Source of the DNA: Bacteroidota bacterium
GTDB lineage: Bacteria > Bacteroidota > Ignavibacteria > UBA10030 > SZUA-254
Length of the DNA: 64,000 bases
Assembly (NCBI GenBank): GCA_033854175.1
Contig: JAWOKN010000056.1
Coordinates: 3,736 to 67,735, forward strand
Reading direction: 5' to 3'
Shown: positions 37,998-48,634 of the stretch, piece by piece
How the letters are laid out: every line of letters starts with the position of its first letter
Position numbering within the stretch: the stretch's first letter is position 1
Notes under the pieces: model-generated
Seen by the model: the letters and a program-made list of their open reading frames with translations, nothing else
What the model was told of the DNA's origin: nothing
The model's database searches: none
Made by a program: the position numbers and the translations under genes

Positions 37998-39344
37998 ATG
38001 AACAACGATATATCCATACTCATTGTCGACGATGAAAAGGTCGTCCGCGAATCCCTCTCGAAGTGGTTCAAGGAAGACGACTTCATCGTGGGCGCATCAG
38101 AAAACGCGGCTGAAGCCCTGAAACAGCTCCAGGTGCGGAAATGGGACATCATTCTCCTCGACATCAAAATGCCGGGGATGGACGGGATGGAGTTACAGCA
38201 GCGAATCCGGGAGATCGACCCCGGAGCGACGATCATCTTCATCACGGCGCACGCCTCGGTCGACACGGCGGTCCAGGCCCTGAAGGCGGGGGCGTTCGAT
38301 TACATCGCGAAGCCGATCGACCCCGACTACCTGTCGCATCTGATCCAGAACGCCATCAAGCAGCGGATCCTGACGGGAGAAAACATCCGTCTGAAGGAGC
38401 AGATCACCGAATTCGCGAAAGTCGATGAGATCATCGGCGACTCCCCGCAGATGAAGAAGGTCTTCGAACTGATCGAAACGGTGGCAAAGACCGACACGAC
38501 GGTCATGATCCGGGGCGAAAGCGGAACGGGGAAGGAGCTCATCGCGCGGGCGATTCACGGCAACAGCGAACGGCGGTATTTTCCCATCGTCGCCATCAAC
38601 TGCGGGGCATTGCCGGAGGGAATACTGGAAAGCGAACTCTTCGGTCATGAGCGGGGTGCGTTTACCGGGGCGCAGTACAGGAGAAAGGGAAAAATCGAGC
38701 TGGCCGACGGCGGCACATTATTTCTTGACGAGGTCGGCAACATCGGGATGAAGACCCAGATGGACCTCCTCCGTGTAATCGAGACAAAGCAATTTTCGCG
38801 TGTCGGGGGAAACGAGCTGATCAAGGTGGACTTCAGGACCATCTGCGCGACAAACAGGGATCTCGAGAAGGCCGTTCAGGAGGGCACCTTCCGTGAAGAC
38901 CTCTATTACCGTCTCAACGTCTTCTCCGTCCTCGTCCCCCCCTTGCGCGAGCGGAAGTCGGACATCCCCCTGCTGGCAAATTACTTTTTGAAAAAATACT
39001 CGCGATCGATGGGGAAGCCGATCGTGACCATCTCCTCGGACGCGATGGATCTGATGGTCAAATACAACTGGCCCGGGAACATCCGCGAGCTGGAAAACGC
39101 GATAGAGCGGGCGATGGTGGTCGGAAAGCCCCCCTGCATCAAGGCGGTGGATCTGCCGATACAGTTCTCCGATCTCATTGCGGCACCTTCGCTCGGATCT
39201 CTGGCATCGATGGAAAAAAGCCACATCGCCGAGATCCTCCGGATGAACAACTGGAACATCTCCCGGTCCGCGGAAGTCCTGCAGATCGACCGGGTCACTC
39301 TCTACAACAAGATCGAAAAATATGGCCTGAAAAAGCCGCAGTGA
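37998..39344 (+). CDS. sigma-54-dependent response regulator (NtrC family: REC + AAA+ + HTH)
   Basis: REC domain (ILIVDDE...DIILLDIKMPGMDG), AAA+ domain (GESGTGKELIARAIH, GAFTGA) and a C-terminal Fis-type HTH. Confidence 0.9.
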   Translation: MNNDISILIVDDEKVVRESLSKWFKEDDFIVGASENAAEALKQLQVRKWDIILLDIKMPGMDGMELQQRIREIDPGATIIFITAHASVDTAVQALKAGAFDYIAKPIDPDYLSHLIQNAIKQRILTGENIRLKEQITEFAKVDEIIGDSPQMKKVFELIETVAKTDTTVMIRGESGTGKELIARAIHGNSERRYFPIVAINCGALPEGILESELFGHERGAFTGAQYRRKGKIELADGGTLFLDEVGNIGMKTQMDLLRVIETKQFSRVGGNELIKVDFRTICATNRDLEKAVQEGTFREDLYYRLNVFSVLVPPLRERKSDIPLLANYFLKKYSRSMGKPIVTISSDAMDLMVKYNWPGNIRELENAIERAMVVGKPPCIKAVDLPIQFSDLIAAPSLGSLASMEKSHIAEILRMNNWNISRSAEVLQIDRVTLYNKIEKYGLKKPQ

Positions 39345-39880
39345 CGACAGCCATCCACATCATGACGACGGCGTCGCACCCGGTAACCGATCTCGGACAC
39401 ATTTCACACACCATACAGAGGATATTCAGCCTACCGGTCGACGTGGTCAAGGGGAGTTTAAACCCGGAGCGTGCGTTCGACAGCTCCCGCCGTCAGTACA
39501 ATTCCACAGCACTCATTGCGCACATCCTCTCCTCCAACGGGGGTGACGGGAGGAAAATCCTCGGGCTTGTGGATGTCGATCTCTTCATCCCGATCCTCAC
39601 CTTTGTCTTCGGCGAGGCACAATTCACCGGCTGTGTTGCTGTCGTCTCCTCCTTCCGTCTTGCGAACCAGTTCTACGGGCTTGAACACGATCCGATCTTA
39701 CTCCGTGACCGGGTCGAAAAGGAAATCGTGCATGAGCTCGGCCACACATTCGGTCTCCACCACTGCAGGCATTTTGACTGTGTCATGCGCTCCTCGACCT
39801 ATGTGGAGGAGATCGACTTAAAAAAGGTGGAGATGTGCGGCACATGTTCGGAAAAACTCCAGCTCATCACCGCGCACTAG
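39341..39880 (+). CDS. archaemetzincin-family zinc metallopeptidase
   Basis: HELGHTFGLHHCRHFDCVMRSS...MCGTCSEKL is the archaemetzincin HExxHxxGxxH plus Cys4 signature. It overlaps the response-regulator gene by 4 nt. Confidence 0.75.
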   Translation: MTTAIHIMTTASHPVTDLGHISHTIQRIFSLPVDVVKGSLNPERAFDSSRRQYNSTALIAHILSSNGGDGRKILGLVDVDLFIPILTFVFGEAQFTGCVAVVSSFRLANQFYGLEHDPILLRDRVEKEIVHELGHTFGLHHCRHFDCVMRSSTYVEEIDLKKVEMCGTCSEKLQLITAH

Positions 39881-39929
39881 ACGATGCGCGAGCGAGCGCG
39901 CGCGGGTGCGGAAAAACAGAGATTTCACC

Positions 39930-39962
39930 CCTGCAAAAATCACATTGCAGGCTTTCATTTTT
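39930..39962 (+). terminator. candidate intrinsic terminator after the two-component system/archaemetzincin operon
   Basis: CCTGCAA-aaatcacat-TTGCAGG followed by CTTTCATTTTTGAT. Confidence 0.4.
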
Positions 39963-40097
39963 GATAAAAACGCATCCGTTTTTTGAGGTTTCAGAGTTGA
40001 TTCGGCACATTTTGGCTTATGCCTCAATGGAATGATTCTTGCATTTTACTTTGCGGTTTACTTCAATCTTTTACTTTCTCGAAAGGACATTTGAGCC

Positions 40098-43000
40098 ATG
40101 CCAGATGTAGCGGCAGGAAGAACATTACGGCAGAAGGTCACGCTTGACGGCAACGAAGCGGCTGCCTTCTCCGCGCACAAATTAAACGAAGTCATAGCAA
40201 TCTACCCCATCACCCCCTCCTCCAACATGGGGGAATGGTCGGACGAATGGTCGTCGCTCGGGAGAAAAAACCTCTGGGGGACGGTACCTCTTGTCGTCGA
40301 AATGCAGAGTGAAGGGGGAGCTTCGGGGGCGGTCCACGGGGCGCTGCAGGCCGGCGCGCTCTCGACCACGTTCACATCGTCACAGGGACTCCTCCTGATG
40401 ATCCCGAACATGTTCAAGATCGCGGGCGAACTGACCTCGACCGTCTTCCACATCGCGGCGCGCACGGTAGCGACCCACGCCCTCTCCATATTCGGCGATC
40501 ACAGCGACGTCATGGCGGTCCGGTCGGCGGGCTGGGCGATGCTGGCTTCGAACTCGATACAGGAGATCATGGACTTTGCCCTGATTGCGACGGCGGCGAC
40601 GCTTGAATCGCGTGTTCCGTTTGTCCATTTCTTTGACGGATTCCGGTCATCGCACGAGGTGATGAAAATCGAACAGCTTTGCGAGGACGACTTCCGGGCG
40701 ATGATGGATGACAAGCTCATCTTCCAGCACCGGGCGCGGGGGCTCTCGCCGGAGCATCCCGTCATGCGCGGATCGGCGCAGAACCCCGACGTCTTCTTCC
40801 AGGCCCGGGAAACCGTGAACCCCTACTATCTCGCATGTCCCGCGATCGTCCAGAAAACGATGGACAAATTCGCGCGTGTTGTCGGCCGGAAATACGAGCT
40901 CTTCCAGTACGTCGGTGCGGCCGATGCTGAGCGGATCATCATCATGATGGGATCCGGTGCGGAAACCGCCGAGGAGACGGTGGAGTATTTGAACCGGAAA
41001 GGCGGCAAGGTGGGATTACTCAAGGTCCGGCTCTTCCGGCCCTTCTCCATCGAGCATTTTTTGAAGGCGCTCCCCTCCTCGACCAAGTCGATTGCGGTAC
41101 TCGACCGGACGAAGGAGCCGGGAAGCACAGGGGAACCGCTCTACCAGGACGTTACCACAGCATTAAGCGAAGCCTTTGCCGGCGGCACGTCGCCCCTCAC
41201 GTCGTTCCCGAAAATCATCGGCGGCCGATACGGCCTCTCGTCGAAAGAATTCACACCGGCGATGGTGAAAGCGGTCTACGACGAACTTCAGAAGCCGGCC
41301 CCCAAAAACCACTTCACCGTCGGGATCAAGGATGACGTCACCCACACGAGTCTGTCGTACGACGCGAGTTTCACGACCGAAGCGGACGATGTGATCCGGG
41401 CCATCTTCTACGGTCTCGGAGCGGACGGGACCGTGAGTGCGAACAAAAATTCAATCAAGATCATCGGCGAGGACACCGACAATTTTGCGCAGGGGTATTT
41501 CGTCTACGACTCCAAGAAATCCGGATCGACGACCGTCTCCCATCTGCGTTTCGGACCCCGTCCGATCCACTCGACCTATCTGATCTCGCAGGCAAATTTC
41601 GTCGCATGTCATCAGTGGTTCTTCCTCGAAAAATACGACGTTTTGCAGCCCGTCATCCAGGGCGGAACGTTCCTTCTGAACAGCTCGTTCGGGCCCCAGG
41701 AAGTCTGGGACAACCTGCCGGTCAACATCCAGAAGCACATCATCGAGAAGAAGCTCAAATTCTACGTCATCGACGCCTACAACGTGGCGAAAGAAACAGG
41801 GATGGGCGGAAGGATCAACACCATCATGCAGACATGTTTCTTCGCCATATCCGGTGTACTCCCCCGGGAGGACGCCATCAAGGCGATCAAGCACTCCGTC
41901 GAAAAGACCTACGGCAAGAAGGGGGAGGATGTTGTCAGGCAGAACTTCATGGCCATCGACAAGACGCTGGCCAACCTCTTCGAGGTCAAGGTACCCTCGA
42001 AGGTCACGAGCACGATAACGATGCCCGACACCGTATCACCGAAGGCGCCCAAATACATCCGGGAAGTCACGGCGGAAATCATCGCGGGTTTCGGTGACAG
42101 GCTCCCGGTGAGTTCGATGCCCGTCGACGGGACATTCCCGGTCGGATCGGCGCAGTGGGAAAAGCGAAACATTGCTTTGGAGATTCCGGTATGGGAACCC
42201 GAAATCTGCATACAGTGCAACAAGTGCATCCTGGTCTGTCCGCACGCAACCATACGGACCAAGGTCTTCGATCCGAAACTCCTTGGGGGCGCGCCCGCGA
42301 CATTCAAGTCGATCGACTTCAAGGGGATGGAATACAAGGGTATGAAATACTCCATCCAGGTCGCCCCGGAAGACTGTACGGGGTGCGGGCTCTGTGTGGA
42401 CATCTGTCCTGCGAAGAGCAAGACCATGACCAAGGTCAAGGCCATCAACATGAAACCGCAGCCACCGATACGCGAGGCCGAGCGTGACAACTACGACTAC
42501 TTCCTGTCGCTTCCGGAAGTCGACCGGCGGACCGTCAAGGTTGACAACATCAAAGGATCGCAGTTCCTGCAGCCGCTCTTTGAATACTCCGGGGCATGTT
42601 CGGGCTGTGGCGAGACACCCTACGTAAAACTCGTCAGCCAGCTTTTCGGCGACAGGTGTGTTGTAGCAAATGCGACCGGTTGTTCCTCCATCTACGGCGG
42701 CAACCTCCCGACCACACCATGGACGGCGAACAAGGACGGAAGGGGGCCGGCATGGTCGAATTCACTCTTTGAAGACAATGCGGAATTCGGGCTCGGCATG
42801 CGGCTGACCATTGACAAGCACACCGAGATGGCGCGGGAGCTCGTGAAAAAGCTCTCAACATCGATCGGTGAAAACCTTGCCACGGCGATCCTCAATGCCA
42901 ATCAATCCGACGAAGCCGGCATCCACGAGCAGCGCGAGCGGGTACAGTTCCTGAAGGACAAGCTGCGCGAGCTTGCCACCCCTGATGGCAACAATCTCCT

Positions 43001-43733
43001 CACCATCGCCGACAATCTTGTCAAGCGGAGCGTCTGGATCATGGGTGGGGACGGCTGGGCATATGACATCGGGTACGGCGGGTTGGATCACGTGCTTGCC
43101 TCGGGGCGGAACGTCAACATCCTCGTCCTCGACACGGAAGTCTACTCGAACACAGGCGGTCAGATGTCGAAGGCCACATTCCGGTCGGCGATTGCGAAAT
43201 TCGCGGCCGCAGGAAAACCGACGGCAAAGAAAGACCTGGCGATGCTCGCCATGACCTATGGAAACGTCTACGTGGCGAAGGTCGCGATGGGGAGCAACGA
43301 TCTGCAGACCGTCCGGGCATTTCTGGAAGCGGAAGCCTATGACGGACCCTCGATCATCATCGCCTACAGCCACTGCATCGCGCACGGGATCAACATGACA
43401 CGGGGAATGCAGAACCAGAAGCTTGCGGTTGAGAGCGGTTACTGGCCGATCTTCCGGTACAATCCGATGCTGGAGCGGGAAGGAAAGAACCCGTTCAAGC
43501 TCGACTCCAAGGCACCCCGGATACCACTGCAGGAATTCACGCAGCTGGAGACCCGGTTCAAGATGCTCGAGAAGAGCTATCCCGAACGCGCAAAGCAACT
43601 GAGCGCGCTTGCCCAGAAAGACGTCTATCTCCGCTGGAAAGTCTACGAGCATCTGGCAAAAGAAGACGGCGATGGTGCGGCGCCGGAGGGGCAGCAGACA
43701 AAGAAACCCACAACCATGGGAGAGACGGTCTAG
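40098..43733 (+). CDS. nifJ: pyruvate:ferredoxin (flavodoxin) oxidoreductase, single-polypeptide PFOR
   Basis: 1211 aa with fused alpha/gamma/delta/beta domains. Two ferredoxin clusters ([24 protein letters not shown]) and a TPP domain ([12 protein letters not shown]). GAAAGGA lies 10 nt upstream. Confidence 0.9.
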   Translation: MPDVAAGRTLRQKVTLDGNEAAAFSAHKLNEVIAIYPITPSSNMGEWSDEWSSLGRKNLWGTVPLVVEMQSEGGASGAVHGALQAGALSTTFTSSQGLLLMIPNMFKIAGELTSTVFHIAARTVATHALSIFGDHSDVMAVRSAGWAMLASNSIQEIMDFALIATAATLESRVPFVHFFDGFRSSHEVMKIEQLCEDDFRAMMDDKLIFQHRARGLSPEHPVMRGSAQNPDVFFQARETVNPYYLACPAIVQKTMDKFARVVGRKYELFQYVGAADAERIIIMMGSGAETAEETVEYLNRKGGKVGLLKVRLFRPFSIEHFLKALPSSTKSIAVLDRTKEPGSTGEPLYQDVTTALSEAFAGGTSPLTSFPKIIGGRYGLSSKEFTPAMVKAVYDELQKPAPKNHFTVGIKDDVTHTSLSYDASFTTEADDVIRAIFYGLGADGTVSANKNSIKIIGEDTDNFAQGYFVYDSKKSGSTTVSHLRFGPRPIHSTYLISQANFVACHQWFFLEKYDVLQPVIQGGTFLLNSSFGPQEVWDNLPVNIQKHIIEKKLKFYVIDAYNVAKETGMGGRINTIMQTCFFAISGVLPREDAIKAIKHSVEKTYGKKGEDVVRQNFMAIDKTLANLFEVKVPSKVTSTITMPDTVSPKAPKYIREVTAEIIAGFGDRLPVSSMPVDGTFPVGSAQWEKRNIALEIPVWEPEICIQCNKCILVCPHATIRTKVFDPKLLGGAPATFKSIDFKGMEYKGMKYSIQVAPEDCTGCGLCVDICPAKSKTMTKVKAINMKPQPPIREAERDNYDYFLSLPEVDRRTVKVDNIKGSQFLQPLFEYSGACSGCGETPYVKLVSQLFGDRCVVANATGCSSIYGGNLPTTPWTANKDGRGPAWSNSLFEDNAEFGLGMRLTIDKHTEMARELVKKLSTSIGENLATAILNANQSDEAGIHEQRERVQFLKDKLRELATPDGNNLLTIADNLVKRSVWIMGGDGWAYDIGYGGLDHVLASGRNVNILVLDTEVYSNTGGQMSKATFRSAIAKFAAAGKPTAKKDLAMLAMTYGNVYVAKVAMGSNDLQTVRAFLEAEAYDGPSIIIAYSHCIAHGINMTRGMQNQKLAVESGYWPIFRYNPMLEREGKNPFKLDSKAPRIPLQEFTQLETRFKMLEKSYPERAKQLSALAQKDVYLRWKVYEHLAKEDGDGAAPEGQQTKKPTTMGETV

Positions 43734-43768
43734 GCCGTCGTACCCCGACTGATCTCAAGGACAGACAC

Positions 43769-44758
43769 ATGGATCTCTCAACCACATACCTCGGACTCAA
43801 ACTCAAAAACCCGATCGTCCCGTCGGCCGGGCCGCTGTCGCGCTCGCTCGACAGCATGAGAAGGCTGGAGGAAGCGGGAGCCTCTGCGATTGTCATTCAC
43901 TCCCTCTTCGAGGAGCAGATCGCGCACGAGACGGCGGAATTGTACCACTACCTCTCGTACGGAACGGAAAGCTTTGCGGAAGCGCTGACCTATTTCCCCG
44001 AGCTGCAGCAATACGACCGGGGGCCGGAAGAATACGTCGAGTTCATCCACACGGCAAAGAACTCGCTGACGATTCCGGTGATCGGCAGTCTCAACGGGAT
44101 CTCGGTGGGCGGTTGGATCAAGTATGCGAGAAAGATCCAGGAGGCGGGAGCAGATGCGATCGAGCTGAACATCTATTACATCCCGACCGATCCCGAGCTG
44201 CGGGGGATCGATGTGGAGGACCGGTATCTCGAGGTCCTCTACGCGGTAAAGGAAACCGTGACAATCCCGGTGGCGGTCAAGCTCAGCCCGTTTTTCAGTT
44301 CGCTCGCGCATTTCGCGAAGCGGCTCGACCATGCGGGGGCGAACGGGCTCGTCCTCTTCAACCGGTTCTACCAGCCCGACATCGACCTCGAATCACTTGA
44401 AGTAACGCCCAACGTCATCCTCAGCACCCCCCATGCACTGCGGCTTCCCATGCGGTGGATAGCGATACTCTCGGGGAACATCAAGGCGAGTCTTGCCGCG
44501 ACGAGCGGGATCCACACGGCGGAGGACGTCCTCAAGATGCTCCTTGTCGGGGCCGATGTGACCATGATGTGTTCGGCCCTCTTAAAAAACGGGCCGTCGT
44601 ACCTGGCCGATGTCCTCCAGAGCGTGGAACGGTGGATGATCGAGCGGGAATACCTCTCCCTGCAGCAGATGAAGGGAAGCATGAACCAGCGGTCCATTGC
44701 AGATCCCTCGGCCTTTGAACGCGCCAATTACATGAAAGCACTCCACAGTTACAAATAA
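43769..44758 (+). CDS. dihydroorotate-dehydrogenase-like TIM-barrel flavoprotein (PyrD/DHPD family)
   Basis: [50 protein letters not shown] is a typical DHOD-family start. The substrate is unknown. Confidence 0.6.
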   Translation: MDLSTTYLGLKLKNPIVPSAGPLSRSLDSMRRLEEAGASAIVIHSLFEEQIAHETAELYHYLSYGTESFAEALTYFPELQQYDRGPEEYVEFIHTAKNSLTIPVIGSLNGISVGGWIKYARKIQEAGADAIELNIYYIPTDPELRGIDVEDRYLEVLYAVKETVTIPVAVKLSPFFSSLAHFAKRLDHAGANGLVLFNRFYQPDIDLESLEVTPNVILSTPHALRLPMRWIAILSGNIKASLAATSGIHTAEDVLKMLLVGADVTMMCSALLKNGPSYLADVLQSVERWMIEREYLSLQQMKGSMNQRSIADPSAFERANYMKALHSYK

Positions 44759-44772
44759 CCAATGGAAAATCT

Positions 44773-45228
44773 ATGAGCATATTTTTTAGCCGTCAATGCG
44801 AGTACGCCCTTCAGGCGGTCATGTACATCGCCCTCAAACCGGAGAACGAGATGAGTTCGATCCGCGAGCTGTCGCGGACGCTCGGCATCCCGTATCATTT
44901 CCTTGCAAAAATCCTCCAGGACCTCACGCGGAAAGGATTGCTGACATCCCTGAAAGGTTCCACCGGCGGGTACATGCTTGCGATGCCGAAGGAAACCATC
45001 ACACCGTTCCACATCGTCGATGCCATTGACGGATCAAGTTTTCTGAACAATTGTCTCCTCGGTTTTTCATCCTGCTCAAGCGAAAAACCGTGCGCGTTGC
45101 ATTCCCAATGGGAGGGTATGCGGGAGAAACTCAATACCATGCTGAAATCGACCAACATCTATGAGGCGGCGCTCAGCATGAAGAAACCGCAATATCTCCA
45201 TAATCAACCCGGGCCAAGCACCACCTGA
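44773..45228 (+). CDS. Rrf2-family transcriptional regulator with three-Cys Fe-S ligand motif (IscR/NsrR/RirA-like)
   Basis: N-terminal winged helix-turn-helix (YALQAVMYIALKPENEMSSIRELSRTLGIPYHFLAKILQDLTRKGLL), then C-x6-C-x5-C (CLLGFSSCSSEKPC). Confidence 0.8.
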   Translation: MSIFFSRQCEYALQAVMYIALKPENEMSSIRELSRTLGIPYHFLAKILQDLTRKGLLTSLKGSTGGYMLAMPKETITPFHIVDAIDGSSFLNNCLLGFSSCSSEKPCALHSQWEGMREKLNTMLKSTNIYEAALSMKKPQYLHNQPGPSTT

Positions 45229-45230
45229 TG

Positions 45231-45256
45231 AATATCGGATAAATCTATCCGATATT
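45231..45256. promoter_or_regulatory. 26-bp perfect palindrome AATATCGGATA-AATC-TATCCGATATT (copy B), abutting a sigma-54 -24 element
   Basis: 11-bp perfect arms. It lies 2 nt after the Rrf2 stop codon and is homologous to the feoAB-promoter copy at 7703..7728. Confidence 0.55.
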
Positions 45257-45271
45257 GGCACAGATGTTGCA
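45256..45271 (+). promoter_or_regulatory. sigma-54 promoter (TGGCAC-AGATG-TTGCA), perfect consensus
   Basis: Exact -24/-12 elements, upstream of the NapH-like/methyltransferase/OsmC gene string. Confidence 0.65.
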
Positions 45272-45522
45272 CTACTAGAGCTGAAGAAATACAAAGGCCG
45301 GTTCTTCCCTCTGTATTAGAGACCTTTTTGATCATCAGAAGAATCCCTTTTTTAAGAATGAGAAATCAGCAGTTTACGGCTATAAGAAGTGACACCGTGC
45401 CCCCTCCTTCCGCTGCATTTGCCGTTGCACCGCAAAATGGACTATCCCCGTATAAAGCCGAAGGCGCCAGGTCCGGGCGTCTGAGTATAAAAAAGCTCTC
45501 ACCCGCGCTCCGCAAACCGAAA

Positions 45523-46578
45523 ATGGGTTACCGGAACGAAACAGGCATACGCCGAATCCTCCTGAGGCTCAGGGAAGATTCACAGTTCCTCCGTTCGGTC
45601 ATACAGACAGCGTTCCTGCTGCTTTGCATCTGGATCGGGATAGAGTTCTATTTATTCGTGAAATGGGGTGCCTCGGGAGGTGTGGAGGCCTATCATATGC
45701 GGCCTCCCGGTGTGGAAGGATTTCTGCCGATCAGCGCTCTGATCAGCCTGAAATATTTCCTGCAGACCGGCATCATCAACAGCGTCCATCCCTCGGGATT
45801 ATTCATCTTCGCAGCGATTCTGGTAATAGGATTTTTCTTTAAAAAAGCCTTCTGCAGCTGGCTCTGTCCGATCGGCACAATAAGTGAATCCCTCTGGACC
45901 TTCGGCCGGAAACTCTTCGGGAAAAATATCGTCCTACCCCGATGGCTCGATTATCCGCTCCGTTCCATCAAATACCTGCTCCTGTTGTTTTTTGCCTACA
46001 TCATCTGGAGCATGAGCATCGATGGCCTCCAGTTTTTCATACAAAGCCCGTACAACCAGGTAGCAGACGTCAAGATGTACTACTTTTTCGCACGGATCAG
46101 CACCTTTGCCCTCTGGACCATCATCATCCTTGCGATCCTGTCGGTCTTCATCAAAAACTTCTGGTGCCGGTATCTCTGTCCCTACGGAGCGCTCCTGGGC
46201 ATCACCGGATTATTCAGTCCGTTAAAGATCACGCGGAATACGACAACATGCATCGACTGCGAACTCTGCACGAAAGTCTGTCCGGCCAGCATCAGGGTCC
46301 ACGCGCTGAAGAAGGTGAGAAGTGATGAATGCATGAGCTGTCTTGAATGCGTGCAGATCTGTCCGGTAAAAAACACACTTGAAGTTCAGCCCCCCGCGGG
46401 GAACGCGAAAGTCCCCGGATGGATCTTCGGGCTTCTCGTCGCCGGGGTATTCGTCGGGATCACCGGTCTTGCGATGCTCGCCGGGCACTGGCAGAATTCA
46501 ATCACAAAGGCAGAATACCTGAACCACTTCCGGAACATCGAATCCCACGTCTATTCCCATGAAGACGCGATCCGATAA
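45523..46578 (+). CDS. NapH/MauN-like membrane polyferredoxin (4Fe-4S binding)
   Basis: CSWLCPIG and CRYLCPYG membrane CxxxCP motifs, plus CIDCELCTKVCP and CMSCLECVQICP ferredoxin motifs. An alternative start is at 45328. Confidence 0.7.
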   Translation: MGYRNETGIRRILLRLREDSQFLRSVIQTAFLLLCIWIGIEFYLFVKWGASGGVEAYHMRPPGVEGFLPISALISLKYFLQTGIINSVHPSGLFIFAAILVIGFFFKKAFCSWLCPIGTISESLWTFGRKLFGKNIVLPRWLDYPLRSIKYLLLLFFAYIIWSMSIDGLQFFIQSPYNQVADVKMYYFFARISTFALWTIIILAILSVFIKNFWCRYLCPYGALLGITGLFSPLKITRNTTTCIDCELCTKVCPASIRVHALKKVRSDECMSCLECVQICPVKNTLEVQPPAGNAKVPGWIFGLLVAGVFVGITGLAMLAGHWQNSITKAEYLNHFRNIESHVYSHEDAIR

Positions 46579-47365
46579 ATCTCTCCGGGCGTTTTACGAC
46601 ACTCTGGCGCCGGACTACGACCTGATGACGGCATTCAACGATCGCGTCGCGAGAGAGGAGGAATTCTTCCGTTTCCTTGCAAAAAAATATCACATTCGCA
46701 CCGCAATCGATGCAGGCTGCGGGACGGGAGTTCACTCGATACTTCTTGCCAGGCTGGGCGTGAAGGTCACTGCTGTGGACATATCGCGGAAAATGATCAC
46801 GGCGACGAGAGCCAATGCACAAAAATTTCACCTCCCGATAAGAGGAGTAGAATCGTCATTCGGTGAAATGGCAAAAAAATTGGATACCGTCGCCGACGCC
46901 CTCTTTTGCATGGGAAATTCCCTGGCGCACATGCTGACGGAGGAGGAATTACTCGACAGCCTGGCAAATTTCCGTGCACTCCTCAGGCCGAAGGGACTTT
47001 TGGTACTCCAGCTGGGAAATTACGACCGAATACTCAAAGAGAGGGCACGTCTGCAGCATGTGAGGGATTCCGGAGGAAAAAGCTTCGTGCGATCGTACTG
47101 CTACCTTCAATCTTTAATATCCTTCAGTATAGATATCAAGACTTCAGCCAGGGGGAGAACATTGAAGAACATCAGAATAAAGCTGAACCCAATCCGCAGC
47201 GGATATCTTCAAAGGCTCCTCATCCGGTCAGGATTCACAGTGATGGCAGAATACGGAAGCCTGCAAAAGGAGCCATTTTCGAAGGGTAGGTCGCGCGATG
47301 TAATCATCCTGGCCAAAAAGGCATACATGCGAATCTTTTCCTCATTTCCTGCATCATATAGATGA
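46559..47365 (+). CDS. class I SAM-dependent methyltransferase
   Basis: AIDAGCGTGVHSILLARLGVKVTAVDIS is SAM-binding motif I. It overlaps the preceding gene by 20 nt. Confidence 0.75.
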   Translation: MKTRSDKSLRAFYDTLAPDYDLMTAFNDRVAREEEFFRFLAKKYHIRTAIDAGCGTGVHSILLARLGVKVTAVDISRKMITATRANAQKFHLPIRGVESSFGEMAKKLDTVADALFCMGNSLAHMLTEEELLDSLANFRALLRPKGLLVLQLGNYDRILKERARLQHVRDSGGKSFVRSYCYLQSLISFSIDIKTSARGRTLKNIRIKLNPIRSGYLQRLLIRSGFTVMAEYGSLQKEPFSKGRSRDVIILAKKAYMRIFSSFPASYR

Positions 47366-47452
47366 ATGGGCAGAGTATTTTCCCGAAACGGCGATGAAGT
47401 GAAAAATCGGGCAATTAGACACCAGACATGAAATGAAACGGAGCAAGTAATC

Positions 47453-47917
47453 ATGAGCACAAAGCAGGCAACAATACATCAGCTTCAGGGAACAACGCTT
47501 CTGGCAAAAAGCGATTCAAATCACTGGGTTGTCATGGACGGGTCTCCGACCTTCGGGGGAAGCAGTGCCGGATCGAGTCCCAAGGAATTACTTCTCATGG
47601 CACTCGGGGGTTGCACTGCCAACGACGTGATCCCGATTCTGAAGAAAAAGCGTGTCCCCCTTCAAAAACTTGAAATACGGGTAACAGGAAACACGCGGGA
47701 CGAACACCCGCAGATCTTCACCAACATCAACATCGAATATATATTTTACGGTAATGGCCTGGACACAGAAGCGCTCGAACGGGCGATAGAACTCTCAACG
47801 ACAAAATACTGTTCAATTTCCGCGATGCTCCGGAGCTCAGTAGAAATAACGCATTCATACCGGCAGGTCGGTGTGCAGGAAGAAGCACCCGCCGAAATGC
47901 TCGTGGAGAACAACTGA
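47453..47917 (+). CDS. OsmC/Ohr family protein (paralog 2)
   Basis: About 55-60% identical to the 25819 gene (TKQATI.QLQG.TL...NHW..MDG...FGGS...SPKELLLMALGGCTA.DVI). Confidence 0.8.
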   Translation: MSTKQATIHQLQGTTLLAKSDSNHWVVMDGSPTFGGSSAGSSPKELLLMALGGCTANDVIPILKKKRVPLQKLEIRVTGNTRDEHPQIFTNINIEYIFYGNGLDTEALERAIELSTTKYCSISAMLRSSVEITHSYRQVGVQEEAPAEMLVENN

Positions 47918-48006
47918 TACCTGAGGGATCTCACAAATCCCTGAGCGTGAGATGGACAACAACCACAGGAATACACCACAAACACAGAACGGAGCTGCAT
48001 CACCCT

Positions 48007-48240
48007 ATGCCTATTTTTGAATACCGCTGCACGCACTGCGATCAAGTCTTCGATATCCTCCACAAAGGCCGTGAAATTACCGCCGACGTCATCTGTCCGT
48101 CGTGCGGATCGACGGAGTACAAAAAACTCATCTCCGCTCCATCGGTTTCCGTGGGGCAGTCATCGGGAACCGATTCCTTTTCCGGGCCTTCATGCGGAGC
48201 CGACGGAGGATGTTGCGGAGGCTCATGCCAGGTAAATTAA
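48007..48240 (+). CDS. FmdB-family zinc-ribbon protein
   Basis: MPIFEYRCTHCDQVFDIL...CPSCGS with a Gly/Cys-rich tail. ATG is at 48007. Confidence 0.65.
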   Translation: MPIFEYRCTHCDQVFDILHKGREITADVICPSCGSTEYKKLISAPSVSVGQSSGTDSFSGPSCGADGGCCGGSCQVN

Positions 48241-48256
48241 CCGGCCAGGAAACAGT

Positions 48257-48634
48257 ATGAGCCCCACACTTCTTATCATCCTATCAGTCATCGCATTATT
48301 CCTGGTTTTCAGAATCCGCCGATGGTTCGTCCAGCGGTCGGTAAAGCAATATACACCGGCGGAGGCGCAGCAATCCCCGAATAAAATATTTCTCGACGTC
48401 CGGACGGGTGCGGAGCGGGCCCAGGGGTCGATCAGGGGATCGATCCACATTCCGCTCCACGAACTCTCCCGTCGGATCAACGAACTGCGGCCACACATGA
48501 ACCGAGAAATCATCTGTTACTGTCAATCGGGGAGCAGAAGCATCGCAGCCTCGTCGATTCTCCAGCGTCACGGATACACTGTGGCAAACCTCAAAGGAGG
48601 GATAGCCGAATGGAATTTCCAAAACCTCCGGTAA
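48257..48634 (+). CDS. rhodanese-domain sulfurtransferase with N-terminal TM helix
   Basis: The CQSGSRS active-site loop follows an N-terminal hydrophobic helix. Confidence 0.8.
   Translation: MSPTLLIILSVIALFLVFRIRRWFVQRSVKQYTPAEAQQSPNKIFLDVRTGAERAQGSIRGSIHIPLHELSRRINELRPHMNREIICYCQSGSRSIAASSILQRHGYTVANLKGGIAEWNFQNLR

Noticed and set aside
40040-40097. Direct repeat TTTTACTTTGCGG / TTTTACTTTCTCG upstream of PFOR
   Set aside because: It is short and AT-rich and could arise by chance in a promoter region. It is noted only as a possible regulator site, and no Rex-like TTGTGA-N6-TCACAA box was found.
46567-46586. ATCCGATAAATCTCTCCGGG, a 16/20 match to the palindrome motif inside the methyltransferase start
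   Set aside because: It lies within coding sequence, lacks the second half-site symmetry, and has no adjacent TGGCAC. I mention it under the Rrf2 finding but do not call it a site.
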